From Candidatus Methanosuratincola thermotaenarum (GTDB taxonomy: Archaea; Thermoproteota; Methanomethylicia; Methanomethylicales; Methanomethylicaceae), in contig JAULTB010000004.1 of NCBI GenBank assembly GCA_038801655.1, positions 1-37,063 of the forward strand: a DNA stretch of 37,063 nt. The letters are read 5' to 3'. Of the stretch, positions 28,450-36,455 are shown one piece after another. The notes under the pieces are model-generated. The model had not been told where the DNA came from and did not search any database. It was given only the letters and a program-made list of their open reading frames with translations. The translations under genes and the position numbers were made by a program. Positions within the stretch are counted from its first letter, which is position 1, and the number at the start of each line of letters is the position of its first letter.

Positions 28450-29436
28450 TCAGAGGCTTTTTTTCGGTCCATCTTTTGGGGCGTCCTGGGAAACTGGGTC
28501 GAAGAGCCCGCCCTTGATCCCGCCATCCTCGCCAGCTGCGGCATCTCCTTCCTTGTCCTCAGCGTACTTCTCTTCACTCTTCGCTGGTCTGGACTTCTCT
28601 GCTCCTTTTTCCTCCTCCAGCCCCCTTCCCTCCGAGGCGCCCCCCTCATCCTTGAGCTCGCCCGATTCCTTTTCCTTTCCCTGTCCCTTCTCCTCCTCTT
28701 TCTCTCCAGGCCCTTTGCCTTCCTCCTCTTTGATTGCTCCTTCTTTTTCCTGATCCGCCTTCCCGCCGCCCTCTTTCTCGCTCTTTATTCCTGCTTCCCC
28801 TTCGCCTTTTGGCGTCCCTTCGGCAGCCCCCTTCTCCAGCTCTCCTTTCCCTTCCGGGGCCCCTTCCTTTTCCTTGGGCTTCTCCTCTCCTTTGCCCCCT
28901 TCCTTTCCTCCTTCGTCCTCCTTGCCGCCCTCCTTCTCCTTCTCTTTCGTGATCTCCTTCGTCTTCTCCTCGACTTCCTTATCCGCTTCCCCCTTCTGGC
29001 TTGGTGCACCCTTTTCTCCTGCGCCTTCCTCTGGGGGCGGCTTCGCCTCCCTGAGAAGCATTGTATAGCTGATCTCCAAGGGTATCCCTTCGTGGACCCT
29101 CGCCGAGAACCCCTCGAAGATGATCGTTGTTATGTCTTCGATTGCCCAGATGTCAGACGAGAACGGGATGAGCTCGCCTGAGTTGAACTTGGTTCTGATT
29201 GCCTTCATCGTATCCGAGGCTCCCTTGCCAATCAGCCTCCCCTCTAGCCTCACACACCGGGGATCCCTCCCCATGTCTTGGAAGATGTTCGATTGCGATC
29301 CAGGCACTGGGAGCTCGACCACCTTCCTCCTCGCCGAGACATGGACCTCGTGGACGCTCCTTATCTCGATGGTGGCGCCCTCCTCGTCAACGCGCTTTAT
29401 CAGGTCAATGTCGTCAAGCTTGATATACACGCTCAT
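28450..29436 (-). CDS. Tube-initiator-like protein (gpU / DNA-circularisation N-terminal type) with ~200 aa Glu/Lys/Gly-rich tail
   Basis: VELPVPG...QDMGRDPRCVRLEG N-terminal domain ending YTMLLRE, followed by a low-complexity charged region. Confidence 0.65.
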   Translation of the reverse strand: MSVYIKLDDIDLIKRVDEEGATIEIRSVHEVHVSARRKVVELPVPGSQSNIFQDMGRDPRCVRLEGRLIGKGASDTMKAIRTKFNSGELIPFSSDIWAIEDITTIIFEGFSARVHEGIPLEISYTMLLREAKPPPEEGAGEKGAPSQKGEADKEVEEKTKEITKEKEKEGGKEDEGGKEGGKGEEKPKEKEGAPEGKGELEKGAAEGTPKGEGEAGIKSEKEGGGKADQEKEGAIKEEEGKGPGEKEEEKGQGKEKESGELKDEGGASEGRGLEEEKGAEKSRPAKSEEKYAEDKEGDAAAGEDGGIKGGLFDPVSQDAPKDGPKKSL

Positions 29437-31166
29437 CCCTCACCGTAGTGCCTCCGCATCTCATCCTCGATTATCCTTGAGATCTTCCTCTGCAGCTCCA
29501 AGAGATCCCCATCGCCATCGACTGTGACGTTGACCCTCAATTCCCTTTGCATCGGGTATACTTGGGACTCCTCGAGCTCCGCCGGAACCGGGAGCCTCTC
29601 CGCCGCTGCCTCGCGCCCCCCATCAATGCCCGTTCTCGCCTCTTCAACATGGGGGAGAGCCAACTGCGGAGCGATTATGCTGGACCTGACCTCCTCAGCC
29701 ATGGCAGCAAGGTTGAGCGCTGCAAGAGGCACCCCTTTCCAGGGGGCTGGCAACCCGCTCCCCAGCAAGGGGCTAACGGAAGGCACTCCCGCGGTCGCAA
29801 CCTGTCCGTCAGCGACCTGCCTGTTGGGAACCGCTTGGGCTGCAGGGGGCAGTATTCTTTTCCGGCCGGGCAGCCCGAGTGCTATTGTTGGTACAGAAAG
29901 CGCAAATAGCGCTGGGGAAACTGCTTCGAATATGGGCTTCCAGATGCCTGCCGCCTTGCGTAACTCCGTCCTCTCAATCGCGGCAGCGAGAGGCAAAAAT
30001 GCCGCCCCTCCTGAACCGGTCCCATGCTGGAACTTGAACCCTTCCAATCCGTGCCCTATTGGTACGCCTTCCACCTCTTGGGCCCTTGCTAGTGCCATCC
30101 CGCCTGCTTCAGGCGGCACCATTCCTTTACCACCGATCTCTGTGCCTCCAGTCAGTGTCGAGGCTCGCGGAAGCTGCTTCCTGGTCGCCTCAGCCACTGC
30201 CGGCATCCTGATGCCCGTTCCCGTGGCCGCTGCCCCTTCCGCAATGCCTGCCACGCCGCCCCTTCCTTCGCGCATCGGCTGGGACCCCGGGAGCTCGATT
30301 CCGGGAGGTGATTGGATGCCTGCTGGCGGGGAGGGTGCTTCTGTCGGCTCCGAAGTGCCTGCTGGTGCGGTGCCAGCTGCCTTCCATTCGAGAGGCAGGG
30401 CCCGTGGTGCCCATCCGCGGACCGCGCTCCCTGCGGCGCCTGATAGAGCAACTGTTGACTTTGCGCCTAGCACCGCCGCAGTTGCCAGGAAACTGGATGT
30501 AAGGGCCAAACCGCTGGGACCTGGGATCTGGTGGATCTTCCTCCCAACTCCCTTTCCGTTTTCCTTTTCGGGCATGGTTATGCCTGCGGCTCGAGCAGGC
30601 TCTTCCCCTATCGCTGTCCCTGATGACGGGGCTGGCATGTAAGCGCCCCAGCTTTCCTCCCCCCCGGGCTCCGGTCCCTCCCCCTCAACTGATGTGGGAA
30701 TGACGGATGTTTCACCCTGGTGTGGCGCAAAAGCAGAGGGCATATGCTTGGAGATCGCGCTGGAGTACGCACCAGCGGCCTTTGCGACGCTCCCTGCGGC
30801 TGAGAGGCTCAGGATCACTGTGAGCGGCGCTGTTCCCCGCCTTGGGGATGATAATCTCCCCTTTCTTGGTGCTATTGCACCAGATCCTGCTGTGGACCTG
30901 CCCTTTTGAGGAGACCAAAGCAAACCGCCGGAATAGGGCGCAGAAACCCTCGCAATCGTCGCCACTCCAGTGGCTGCCGCCCTGACCGCCTCCTGGACCT
31001 TGTAGAACAACCAAAGTAGCGACCTGAGGCTCCTGATCACGGCCCTCAGCGCCCTGGAGGATGCCCATGCTCCAGTCACCATGAGGTGCGCACTGAGCGC
31101 GCCACCTCCTGTGCCTGCGTACCCCTGCTTGAGCCTCCTGCTCAAAAGATCCCAGATTGTACTCAT
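29433..31166 (-). CDS. Tape-measure-position protein (Ala/Gly/Pro-rich, 577 aa)
   Basis: Lies between the chaperones and the tube initiator. C-terminal LRVNVTVDG..LQRKISRIIEDEMRR resembles tape-measure C-termini; ATGA-coupled to the next gene. Confidence 0.55.
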   Translation of the reverse strand: MSTIWDLLSRRLKQGYAGTGGGALSAHLMVTGAWASSRALRAVIRSLRSLLWLFYKVQEAVRAAATGVATIARVSAPYSGGLLWSPQKGRSTAGSGAIAPRKGRLSSPRRGTAPLTVILSLSAAGSVAKAAGAYSSAISKHMPSAFAPHQGETSVIPTSVEGEGPEPGGEESWGAYMPAPSSGTAIGEEPARAAGITMPEKENGKGVGRKIHQIPGPSGLALTSSFLATAAVLGAKSTVALSGAAGSAVRGWAPRALPLEWKAAGTAPAGTSEPTEAPSPPAGIQSPPGIELPGSQPMREGRGGVAGIAEGAAATGTGIRMPAVAEATRKQLPRASTLTGGTEIGGKGMVPPEAGGMALARAQEVEGVPIGHGLEGFKFQHGTGSGGAAFLPLAAAIERTELRKAAGIWKPIFEAVSPALFALSVPTIALGLPGRKRILPPAAQAVPNRQVADGQVATAGVPSVSPLLGSGLPAPWKGVPLAALNLAAMAEEVRSSIIAPQLALPHVEEARTGIDGGREAAAERLPVPAELEESQVYPMQRELRVNVTVDGDGDLLELQRKISRIIEDEMRRHYGEG

Positions 31167-31198
31167 GATCTCCGGTCCAGTCTTTTTTATGGGGCCTC

Positions 31199-31408
31199 CT
31201 AGTCCTCTACCACTTCGATCCGGGTTATCCCCTCTGCGGCCAGCCTCGCAGCCTCTGCAACCCTCTGCCTGTGCGCCATCGCAGCCGTCAGGAAGAGTAT
31301 CTGGTCCCTGGTCAGGTCGCCAGGCCTGTCCGCAAACTTGTACCCGCAGTCTAGGCAGAGGGCCGCGAGCTCAAGCCCTTCCGGGCTCCTAACGAACTCG
31401 TCGATCAT
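31199..31408 (-). CDS. Tail assembly chaperone extension (gpT-like)
   Basis: Overlaps the end of the upstream chaperone right after an A9 run; DLTRDQILFL motif; no SD visible. Confidence 0.6.
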   Translation of the reverse strand: MIDEFVRSPEGLELAALCLDCGYKFADRPGDLTRDQILFLTAAMAHRQRVAEAARLAAEGITRIEVVED

Positions 31409-31772
31409 CTTTTTTTTTAGGGGCTTCCACGCCTGCCACGCCGCTCATCTCGAGGATCTTCATGCCAATGTACTCCGGAACCCCGAATTTCATCGATGCG
31501 ACCTCTTCGACCGTCAGCTTGGGTTCGACCATCCCCATGGACACCACCAGCCTGAGCGCCTCGAAGTTCTTGGAGAGATCCACCTTTGAGAAGTCGGGAG
31601 CCCCGTCCTCCTTGAGGCTCACCGCGCCCACCGTGGCAAAGACCTTGGTCAATTCGCCGTCGGTCAGGGGGCGGATCACTACGTCAGCTCCGTACTCCTC
31701 GACATGGACCGTAGCCCTGGCATTAGCTCCCTCGAGTATGGCCTGTTTAGTCAGGCGTGGGCTCTCAGCCAC
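31389..31772 (-). CDS. Tail assembly chaperone (gpG-like)
   Basis: Lies right after the tube gene. VVIRPLT, GMVEPKLT and ILEMSG are typical; ends in a KKK slippery run. Confidence 0.7.
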   Translation of the reverse strand: MAESPRLTKQAILEGANARATVHVEEYGADVVIRPLTDGELTKVFATVGAVSLKEDGAPDFSKVDLSKNFEALRLVVSMGMVEPKLTVEEVASMKFGVPEYIGMKILEMSGVAGVEAPKKKDDRRVR

Positions 31773-31775
31773 CTA

Positions 31776-32174
31776 TCACTCCTCCCTGAGCCTGGTCGCC
31801 GTCCAAGTGTAGTCAGTCACTCCTACACCGTTTGCGTCCATCGCGAAGCTCTTGCCCTCAAGGTAGCAATCGTCGAAGATCAGCTTCTTCACAGTGCTGC
31901 CCCACTTCTTCAGCTCAACAACTAGCTGGAACGAGTTCTTCTCAGTCACGCTGCTGAGCAGCTTCTTGTCAAACGGAGGGTATGTGGACCTGACCCGCAT
32001 CGACCCCGAGATGAACATTGGGCCATAGTCGACGCCAATCCTCTCGTCGACTCCGATGTGATGTATGTTCTGGCGGTTCCTGACTATCTTGTACTCTATC
32101 GACATAAGCCCGGGTATCGTCTTCCCGTCGACCGTGATGCTGCTCACATTCGCGGATATTATTGACTCTGACAC
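31776..32174 (-). CDS. Tail tube protein
   Basis: 132 aa beta-rich protein immediately downstream of the sheath; GTG start after a GGGGGTGA SD. Confidence 0.75.
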   Translation of the reverse strand: MSESIISANVSSITVDGKTIPGLMSIEYKIVRNRQNIHHIGVDERIGVDYGPMFISGSMRVRSTYPPFDKKLLSSVTEKNSFQLVVELKKWGSTVKKLIFDDCYLEGKSFAMDANGVGVTDYTWTATRLREE

Positions 32175-32188
32175 TGCGCTTCACCCCC

Positions 32189-33556
32189 TCACGCCTGGAC
32201 CGTTATGGTTGCGTAGATGTAATCCATCGCCCTCACAGGCCTCACCGCTATGTCAACGCGGACGACCCCCTGCGCAAAGTCCATCTGCGAGGAGTAGACG
32301 TCCACCAGGAATGCCGGCTCCTTGCCGTCTGTGCTCGGGACTATGGCATTCTCGCGCTCCATCTGGATCATGAACTCCGTGATCTTTTCTTTCAAAGCTC
32401 CCCGACCCTGGGCTGTGTTGAGGGTCCCTATGAAGTTCTCCGAGATGTTCTTGGTCCCTCTCACAGCATGGTCGGCTATCCTTATTACGCTGATCTGCTC
32501 CTTGCTTGTGGTGATCGCTTTCTCCACGATTAGCCCCCTGCCGCGCCGAGCCTCGATCGCGAGAACTCCTGCCTTGAGAAGCTCCATCAACTCAGATGGG
32601 GTGTACCTCCTTTCAAGCTCTGCGATCCCTGTCAGCGCCTTGAATGTCGGAGATTCGTAGTAGTTCAGCCTGCTTATCAATCCGGCAACCGCACCGGCGA
32701 CGCCATAAGGGGCGACAAGCACGAACCTGTCGCTGGCTAGAGCGCTGGTCCTCTTAACGATCTCCTGGACGCTCTCGCCTGGCCCGACCGTGCCGATCCC
32801 AATGCGGTTCTTGGCGTCCTTGCTCATGTTCATGCAGTGCGCGTCGACCATGGCGTGGACCTTCGGATCCCAGCAGTCCGCTACCAGCACTACGTCAACA
32901 TCCTCCTCCATCTCAAGCATCTCGAGTGCCTTCTCGTAGGATGAAGGATCTGGCTTCGAAGTGACGCCGCCCTCGAACTGCCCTTCGCCGACCATGAGCG
33001 CCTTTGATGCAGCTTTGCCCCTCTTCCCGAGGTCCTTAGCGGTCGCAAGCTTAGAGCCCCTGTTTATCACATCGACCGCGTAGAGCTCGCTCGACCTGTC
33101 CATTGTTATATTGTCGAATGCCTCGAACCTCGTACCGTCGGTAATCTGGAGCGAGAAAGAGCCCTCTATCGCGCCGGCTGAGACTGAGTATCTCAGCTTA
33201 TTTCCGGATTCCCCCACGTACCTTGCTTCAAGCCTCAGCGCCTCCTCCCCCTCCGCGTCCTTCAACACTGCGGATGCATTCGCTGTCCCAGCGGCCTCTA
33301 TGCGGGTCGCAAAGACCTCGAATACACCATTCATGAAGCAAATCCTGGCCTCCTTAGTCAGGCTGAAGGAGAGATCAGAACCGAACTTCTCCTGGTACTC
33401 CCTGTAGCTAGTGACTGGGACTGGCGTCAGGATCGGTCCCTTCTCGGCGGTCCCAATGATCCCGACGACTCCGGACGGGTGGAGCTGCTGGGGCACTATC
33501 TCCTTGACTACCTGAACCTCTACACCTGGAAGAATTCGTACCAAATTAGACCCCAT
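32189..33556 (-). CDS. Contractile tail sheath protein
   Basis: LPGVEVQ, GIIGTAEKGP..PV.VTS..EY..FG, F.NG, RIAD, FIG..N...R and C-terminal VRPVRAMDYIY. Confidence 0.93.
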   Translation of the reverse strand: MGSNLVRILPGVEVQVVKEIVPQQLHPSGVVGIIGTAEKGPILTPVPVTSYREYQEKFGSDLSFSLTKEARICFMNGVFEVFATRIEAAGTANASAVLKDAEGEEALRLEARYVGESGNKLRYSVSAGAIEGSFSLQITDGTRFEAFDNITMDRSSELYAVDVINRGSKLATAKDLGKRGKAASKALMVGEGQFEGGVTSKPDPSSYEKALEMLEMEEDVDVVLVADCWDPKVHAMVDAHCMNMSKDAKNRIGIGTVGPGESVQEIVKRTSALASDRFVLVAPYGVAGAVAGLISRLNYYESPTFKALTGIAELERRYTPSELMELLKAGVLAIEARRGRGLIVEKAITTSKEQISVIRIADHAVRGTKNISENFIGTLNTAQGRGALKEKITEFMIQMERENAIVPSTDGKEPAFLVDVYSSQMDFAQGVVRVDIAVRPVRAMDYIYATITVQA

Positions 33557-33569
33557 TTTTATATCGCTG

Positions 33570-33600
33570 AAAATTGTATATAAGCGTATTTAAAAAATTT
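33570..33600 (-). promoter_or_regulatory. Putative TATA promoter of the CIS operon (leaderless or short leader)
   Basis: Minus strand TTTAAATA and TTATATAC lie 20-38 nt upstream of the sheath ATG. Confidence 0.45.
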
Positions 33601-33708
33601 AAATCAAGGTTATAGTTAATTGAAAAGCCTTTCAGGACCCCTGCGGGAGCAAGCATTCTACGTTGTATATTCTCTAATGCTTTTATTCCCTCCTGAGCTA
33701 TTTGACCT

Positions 33709-34195
33709 ATGGGAAAAAGGAAGAGCTGGTCCGAAAAGCTGAACGAAGACAAAGGCCTTCTTAGGGTGGTCAAGATCGAGGGGGAAATGGCGCGAAGGTG
33801 GGGGAGGGGACTGTGGCGATACCGTCGCCAAGGGAAGTCTACGAGATAATGAAATCCGTGCCAGAAGGGAGGGTCACCACTGTCAATGGGATCAGGTCTG
33901 CCCTGGCAAGGAGGCACGGCGCGACGATCTGCTGCCCATCACCACGGGCATCTTCGCATGGATCTCCGCCAATGCATCCGAGGAAGAGAGGGTGATGGGT
34001 GGAGAAGGGATACCGTACTGGAGGACGCTCAAGGCAGGAGGTTTCGTCAACGAGAAGTACCCTGGCGGGATTGAGGCCCAGAGGGATATGCTGGAGAAGG
34101 AGGGCCATCACCTGGCGCCGAAGTTCACAAAGGGCAGAACTGTGGGGTGCGCCGTCCTAAACCTGGCTGAAAAGCTCCATAAGCCTGCGCCCTGA
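33709..34195 (+). pseudogene. MGMT/alkyltransferase-like DNA-binding protein split by two 1-nt frameshifts (pseudogene or sequencing error)
   Basis: Three frames join to MGKRKSWSEKL...WGEGTVAIPSPREV...VPEGRVTT...CCPITTGIFAWI...PYWRTLK. One G is missing at 33800-33804 and one C at 33935-33937. Confidence 0.75.
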
Positions 34196-34251
34196 ACGCT
34201 CATGCTTTTAAATCATCGGCTGCATCTTTTTCTATCATAGGTGTTGAATTC

Positions 34252-35118
34252 ATGCTGAACCCCTGGCTGATCCTCGGCCCCTCTGGCATGGTGATTGTAG
34301 GCATCTTCTACATGCTCTTCTGGAGGGAGAGGGTGAAGCGCGAGTCGGGAAAGGGCGTCCCCCTCAGGTTTTTCATATTTGGGGGCCTGCTTTGGGCTGC
34401 AGCCATTATCCCGAAGATCATAATGGACTACACTGTGACGCAGCCGCTCTATTTCTGGTGGGCTTCGTCATTTGGCGCATTTGGCGCCCTTCTTCTGCTC
34501 GGGGTATACGTGGGGTTGAGGACCGGCATTTTTGAGTGCGGGGCTGCTTACCTGGGATTCAGGGCGTTTGCAAAGGCCGCTCAGGTCAATGAAGCCGGTA
34601 GATCAAGCGCATCTTCCGGGGAAGGTGCGGCTGTGCAAAAAATGGGGTACAGCGAGGCTGTTGCAGTTGGGGTTGGGTTCGGTGCCTTCGAGGCTATTGT
34701 CCTGGCACTCCCGTCGCTCGTGCAGATGGCAGCCATCTTCCTGGACCCGTCGATCCTCTCCAGCCTGCCCCCAGAACAGGTTGCCGCGATCGAATCGCAG
34801 CTGAGCCAACCGACTTGGATGGCTGCTGCCGCAGCCTGGGAGAGGGCCTTCGCCATACTCGCGCACATCTTCGCCACCGTGCTCGCCTATCTGTCGGCGG
34901 CTCACAGGCGCCTGATCCTCCTCGGCGCTGCGGTCGCCTACAAGTCCGCGCTGGACGCCCCGATCCCGATCCTCCAGGCTGCCCTCGCCAATTCCCCTTA
35001 CTACATTGTTATTACCGAAGCATTCGTCGCAGTCATAGGCTTGATAGGCCTCCTCGGGATGCTGAACATAGACACGATAGCCCCGAGGGACACAAGTGTT
35101 ATTAGAAATGGGCAGTAA
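34252..35118 (+). CDS. YhfC/PrsW-like intramembrane glutamic protease family protein
   Basis: Multi-TM; GIFEC (FEE-like), GVGFGAFEA and ERAFAILAH motifs. Confidence 0.7.
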   Translation: MLNPWLILGPSGMVIVGIFYMLFWRERVKRESGKGVPLRFFIFGGLLWAAAIIPKIIMDYTVTQPLYFWWASSFGAFGALLLLGVYVGLRTGIFECGAAYLGFRAFAKAAQVNEAGRSSASSGEGAAVQKMGYSEAVAVGVGFGAFEAIVLALPSLVQMAAIFLDPSILSSLPPEQVAAIESQLSQPTWMAAAAAWERAFAILAHIFATVLAYLSAAHRRLILLGAAVAYKSALDAPIPILQAALANSPYYIVITEAFVAVIGLIGLLGMLNIDTIAPRDTSVIRNGQ

Positions 35119-35119
35119 G

Positions 35120-35590
35120 ATGAGCAGGGGGATCCAGGTGCGCGTGAAATCCTCTCAAATCATAGTCGTCCTGATCGTCGCGATGGCTGCCGTTGGAGGG
35201 GTCGCATACTGGCTCTCGCTGCCGCAGCCCGTGGACGAGGTCCCCCTCAGGATATACTCCGACCCGATGACAGAGAACGTCCTGCTCGCGATTGAAAACG
35301 GGAACTACACCGAATTCTCAAGGGACTTCGACGATGCGATGAAGAAGGCCCTCAACCTGGCAAGCTTCCAGCAACTGATCTCGCAGTTCGATTCAAAGAT
35401 CGGGGACTACGTACCCGGATCGAAGTCATTTATCAAAGGGGAGAGGGTTGGGGGTTTCATAATTGCCTACTACAAGGCGATCTACACGAACGAGCCGGTG
35501 GGCGTCACTGTGAAGGTGGTTTTCACCTCGGGGAACGGCCCGGCAAAGATAACAGGGCTGTGGTTCAGCTCCCCCAAATTGGCATCCTGA
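35120..35590 (+). CDS. Membrane-anchored DUF3887-like protein
   Basis: N-terminal TM; NYTEFSRDFDDAMKKAL, IGDY and KITGLWFSSPKL. Confidence 0.65.
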   Translation: MSRGIQVRVKSSQIIVVLIVAMAAVGGVAYWLSLPQPVDEVPLRIYSDPMTENVLLAIENGNYTEFSRDFDDAMKKALNLASFQQLISQFDSKIGDYVPGSKSFIKGERVGGFIIAYYKAIYTNEPVGVTVKVVFTSGNGPAKITGLWFSSPKLAS

Positions 35591-35645
35591 TCATCGCTGC
35601 TGGTGCACAGTGCACTTATATTTCAGGAAGGAGCTTTTGAATTAG

Positions 35646-36014
35646 GTGTTCTTATTGCACGAATCATCAAGAAAGATTGCAATATTCGCATTCAACGGTG
35701 AACTTCCGTGCTTTGCCCACGCGCTACTGAATGCCATCGACATGATGTCCAAGGGCTACGACGTTAAGCTTGTCATCGAGGGGTGTGCCACGGCGCTGCT
35801 GCCCGAACTTGCAGATCCCGAGAAGCCTTTCTCTAGCCTCTTTGCGAAAGTGAAGGATGCTGGTCTCATAGACTGCGTCTGCAGGGCTTGCGCGGCCCAG
35901 TCCGGGGGTCTGAAGTCGGCTGAGGAGCAGCGCCTGCCCCTGTGCGACGAGATGAGCGGGCACCCCAGCATGGCGAAGTATGTGGGCATGGGCTATACGA
36001 TCATTGTGATCTAG
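35646..36014 (+). CDS. DsrE-family protein
   Basis: FAFNGELPCFAHALLN, KLVIEG, VCRACA and MSGHPS. Confidence 0.75.
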   Translation: MFLLHESSRKIAIFAFNGELPCFAHALLNAIDMMSKGYDVKLVIEGCATALLPELADPEKPFSSLFAKVKDAGLIDCVCRACAAQSGGLKSAEEQRLPLCDEMSGHPSMAKYVGMGYTIIVI

Positions 36015-36069
36015 TTCTTTGGATCGCGGCGCCGTCCATACTATTCCGCGATTTTTCCTTGCCGTGGAG

Positions 36070-36354
36070 TTAGGGCACGATCTCCCCCCAAAAAGTGACG
36101 AAGTAGGCGCCCTCACAGCTGGCTACCCATCTCCCGAATGGAAACCATCTGACATTGTAGTCGCATATGAGCATGTACTCAATGCTGCCGTCTGGCATTG
36201 TCACCCAGCCCATCGTGCCATCCTTCTCGGCCTTCTCCCTGAGCACCATGTCGTGGACCTCCTGGTCGTCCAGCCATGGGGACCAGGCAAGAAGGGCCAG
36301 AGTTGTCAGGAGAATCGCTGCGACTGCAAAGGCTTTCAGCCCAATCCGGGAAAT
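36070..36354 (-). CDS. Small membrane/secreted protein not in the ORF track (non-canonical or damaged start)
   Basis: Open frame ISRIGLKAFAVAAILLTTLALLAWSPWLDD...CDYNVRWFPFGRWVASCEGAYFVTFWGEIVP*. GGTGA SD lies 6 nt before ATT. Confidence 0.6.
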   Translation of the reverse strand: MSRIGLKAFAVAAILLTTLALLAWSPWLDDQEVHDMVLREKAEKDGTMGWVTMPDGSIEYMLICDYNVRWFPFGRWVASCEGAYFVTFWGEIVP

Positions 36355-36455
36355 ATGTTTTCACCACATGGAAACTGTTCCGGCATCGAATATAAATGAA
36401 ATCCTTATATTAAAACAGCAAAGTTGATTTACAAGCCCAGAAGAATGTTCTGACT

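Larger units (their letters stand above)
21911..33556. other. Capsid-less contractile injection system / tailocin-like locus
   Basis: Near-complete myophage-type tail and baseplate gene set plus PAAR. Flanked by non-phage genes; no head or integration genes. Confidence 0.85.

Noticed and set aside
28441-29181. 246-aa Leu/Phe-rich ORF that looks like a membrane protein
   Set aside because: It is the reverse complement of GAG/AAG-rich codons; the hydrophobicity is an artefact.
29524-30642. 372-aa ORF on the + strand
   Set aside because: Antisense shadow of the GC-rich low-complexity tape-measure-like gene; no motifs, and it runs against operon direction.
22373-33556. Intact prophage or T6SS
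   Set aside because: No capsid, portal, terminase, integrase or att repeats seen; no TssJLM, TssK or ClpV, and the sheath is a single protein.
33546-33917. 123-aa minus-strand ORF upstream of the sheath gene
   Set aside because: Spans the AT-rich promoter and is antisense to the alkyltransferase-like gene; no motif support.
36019-36427. ORF-track calls 36019-36399, 36167-36427 and 36179-36367
   Set aside because: Shadows or wrong frames of the more protein-like minus-strand frame 36070-36354.
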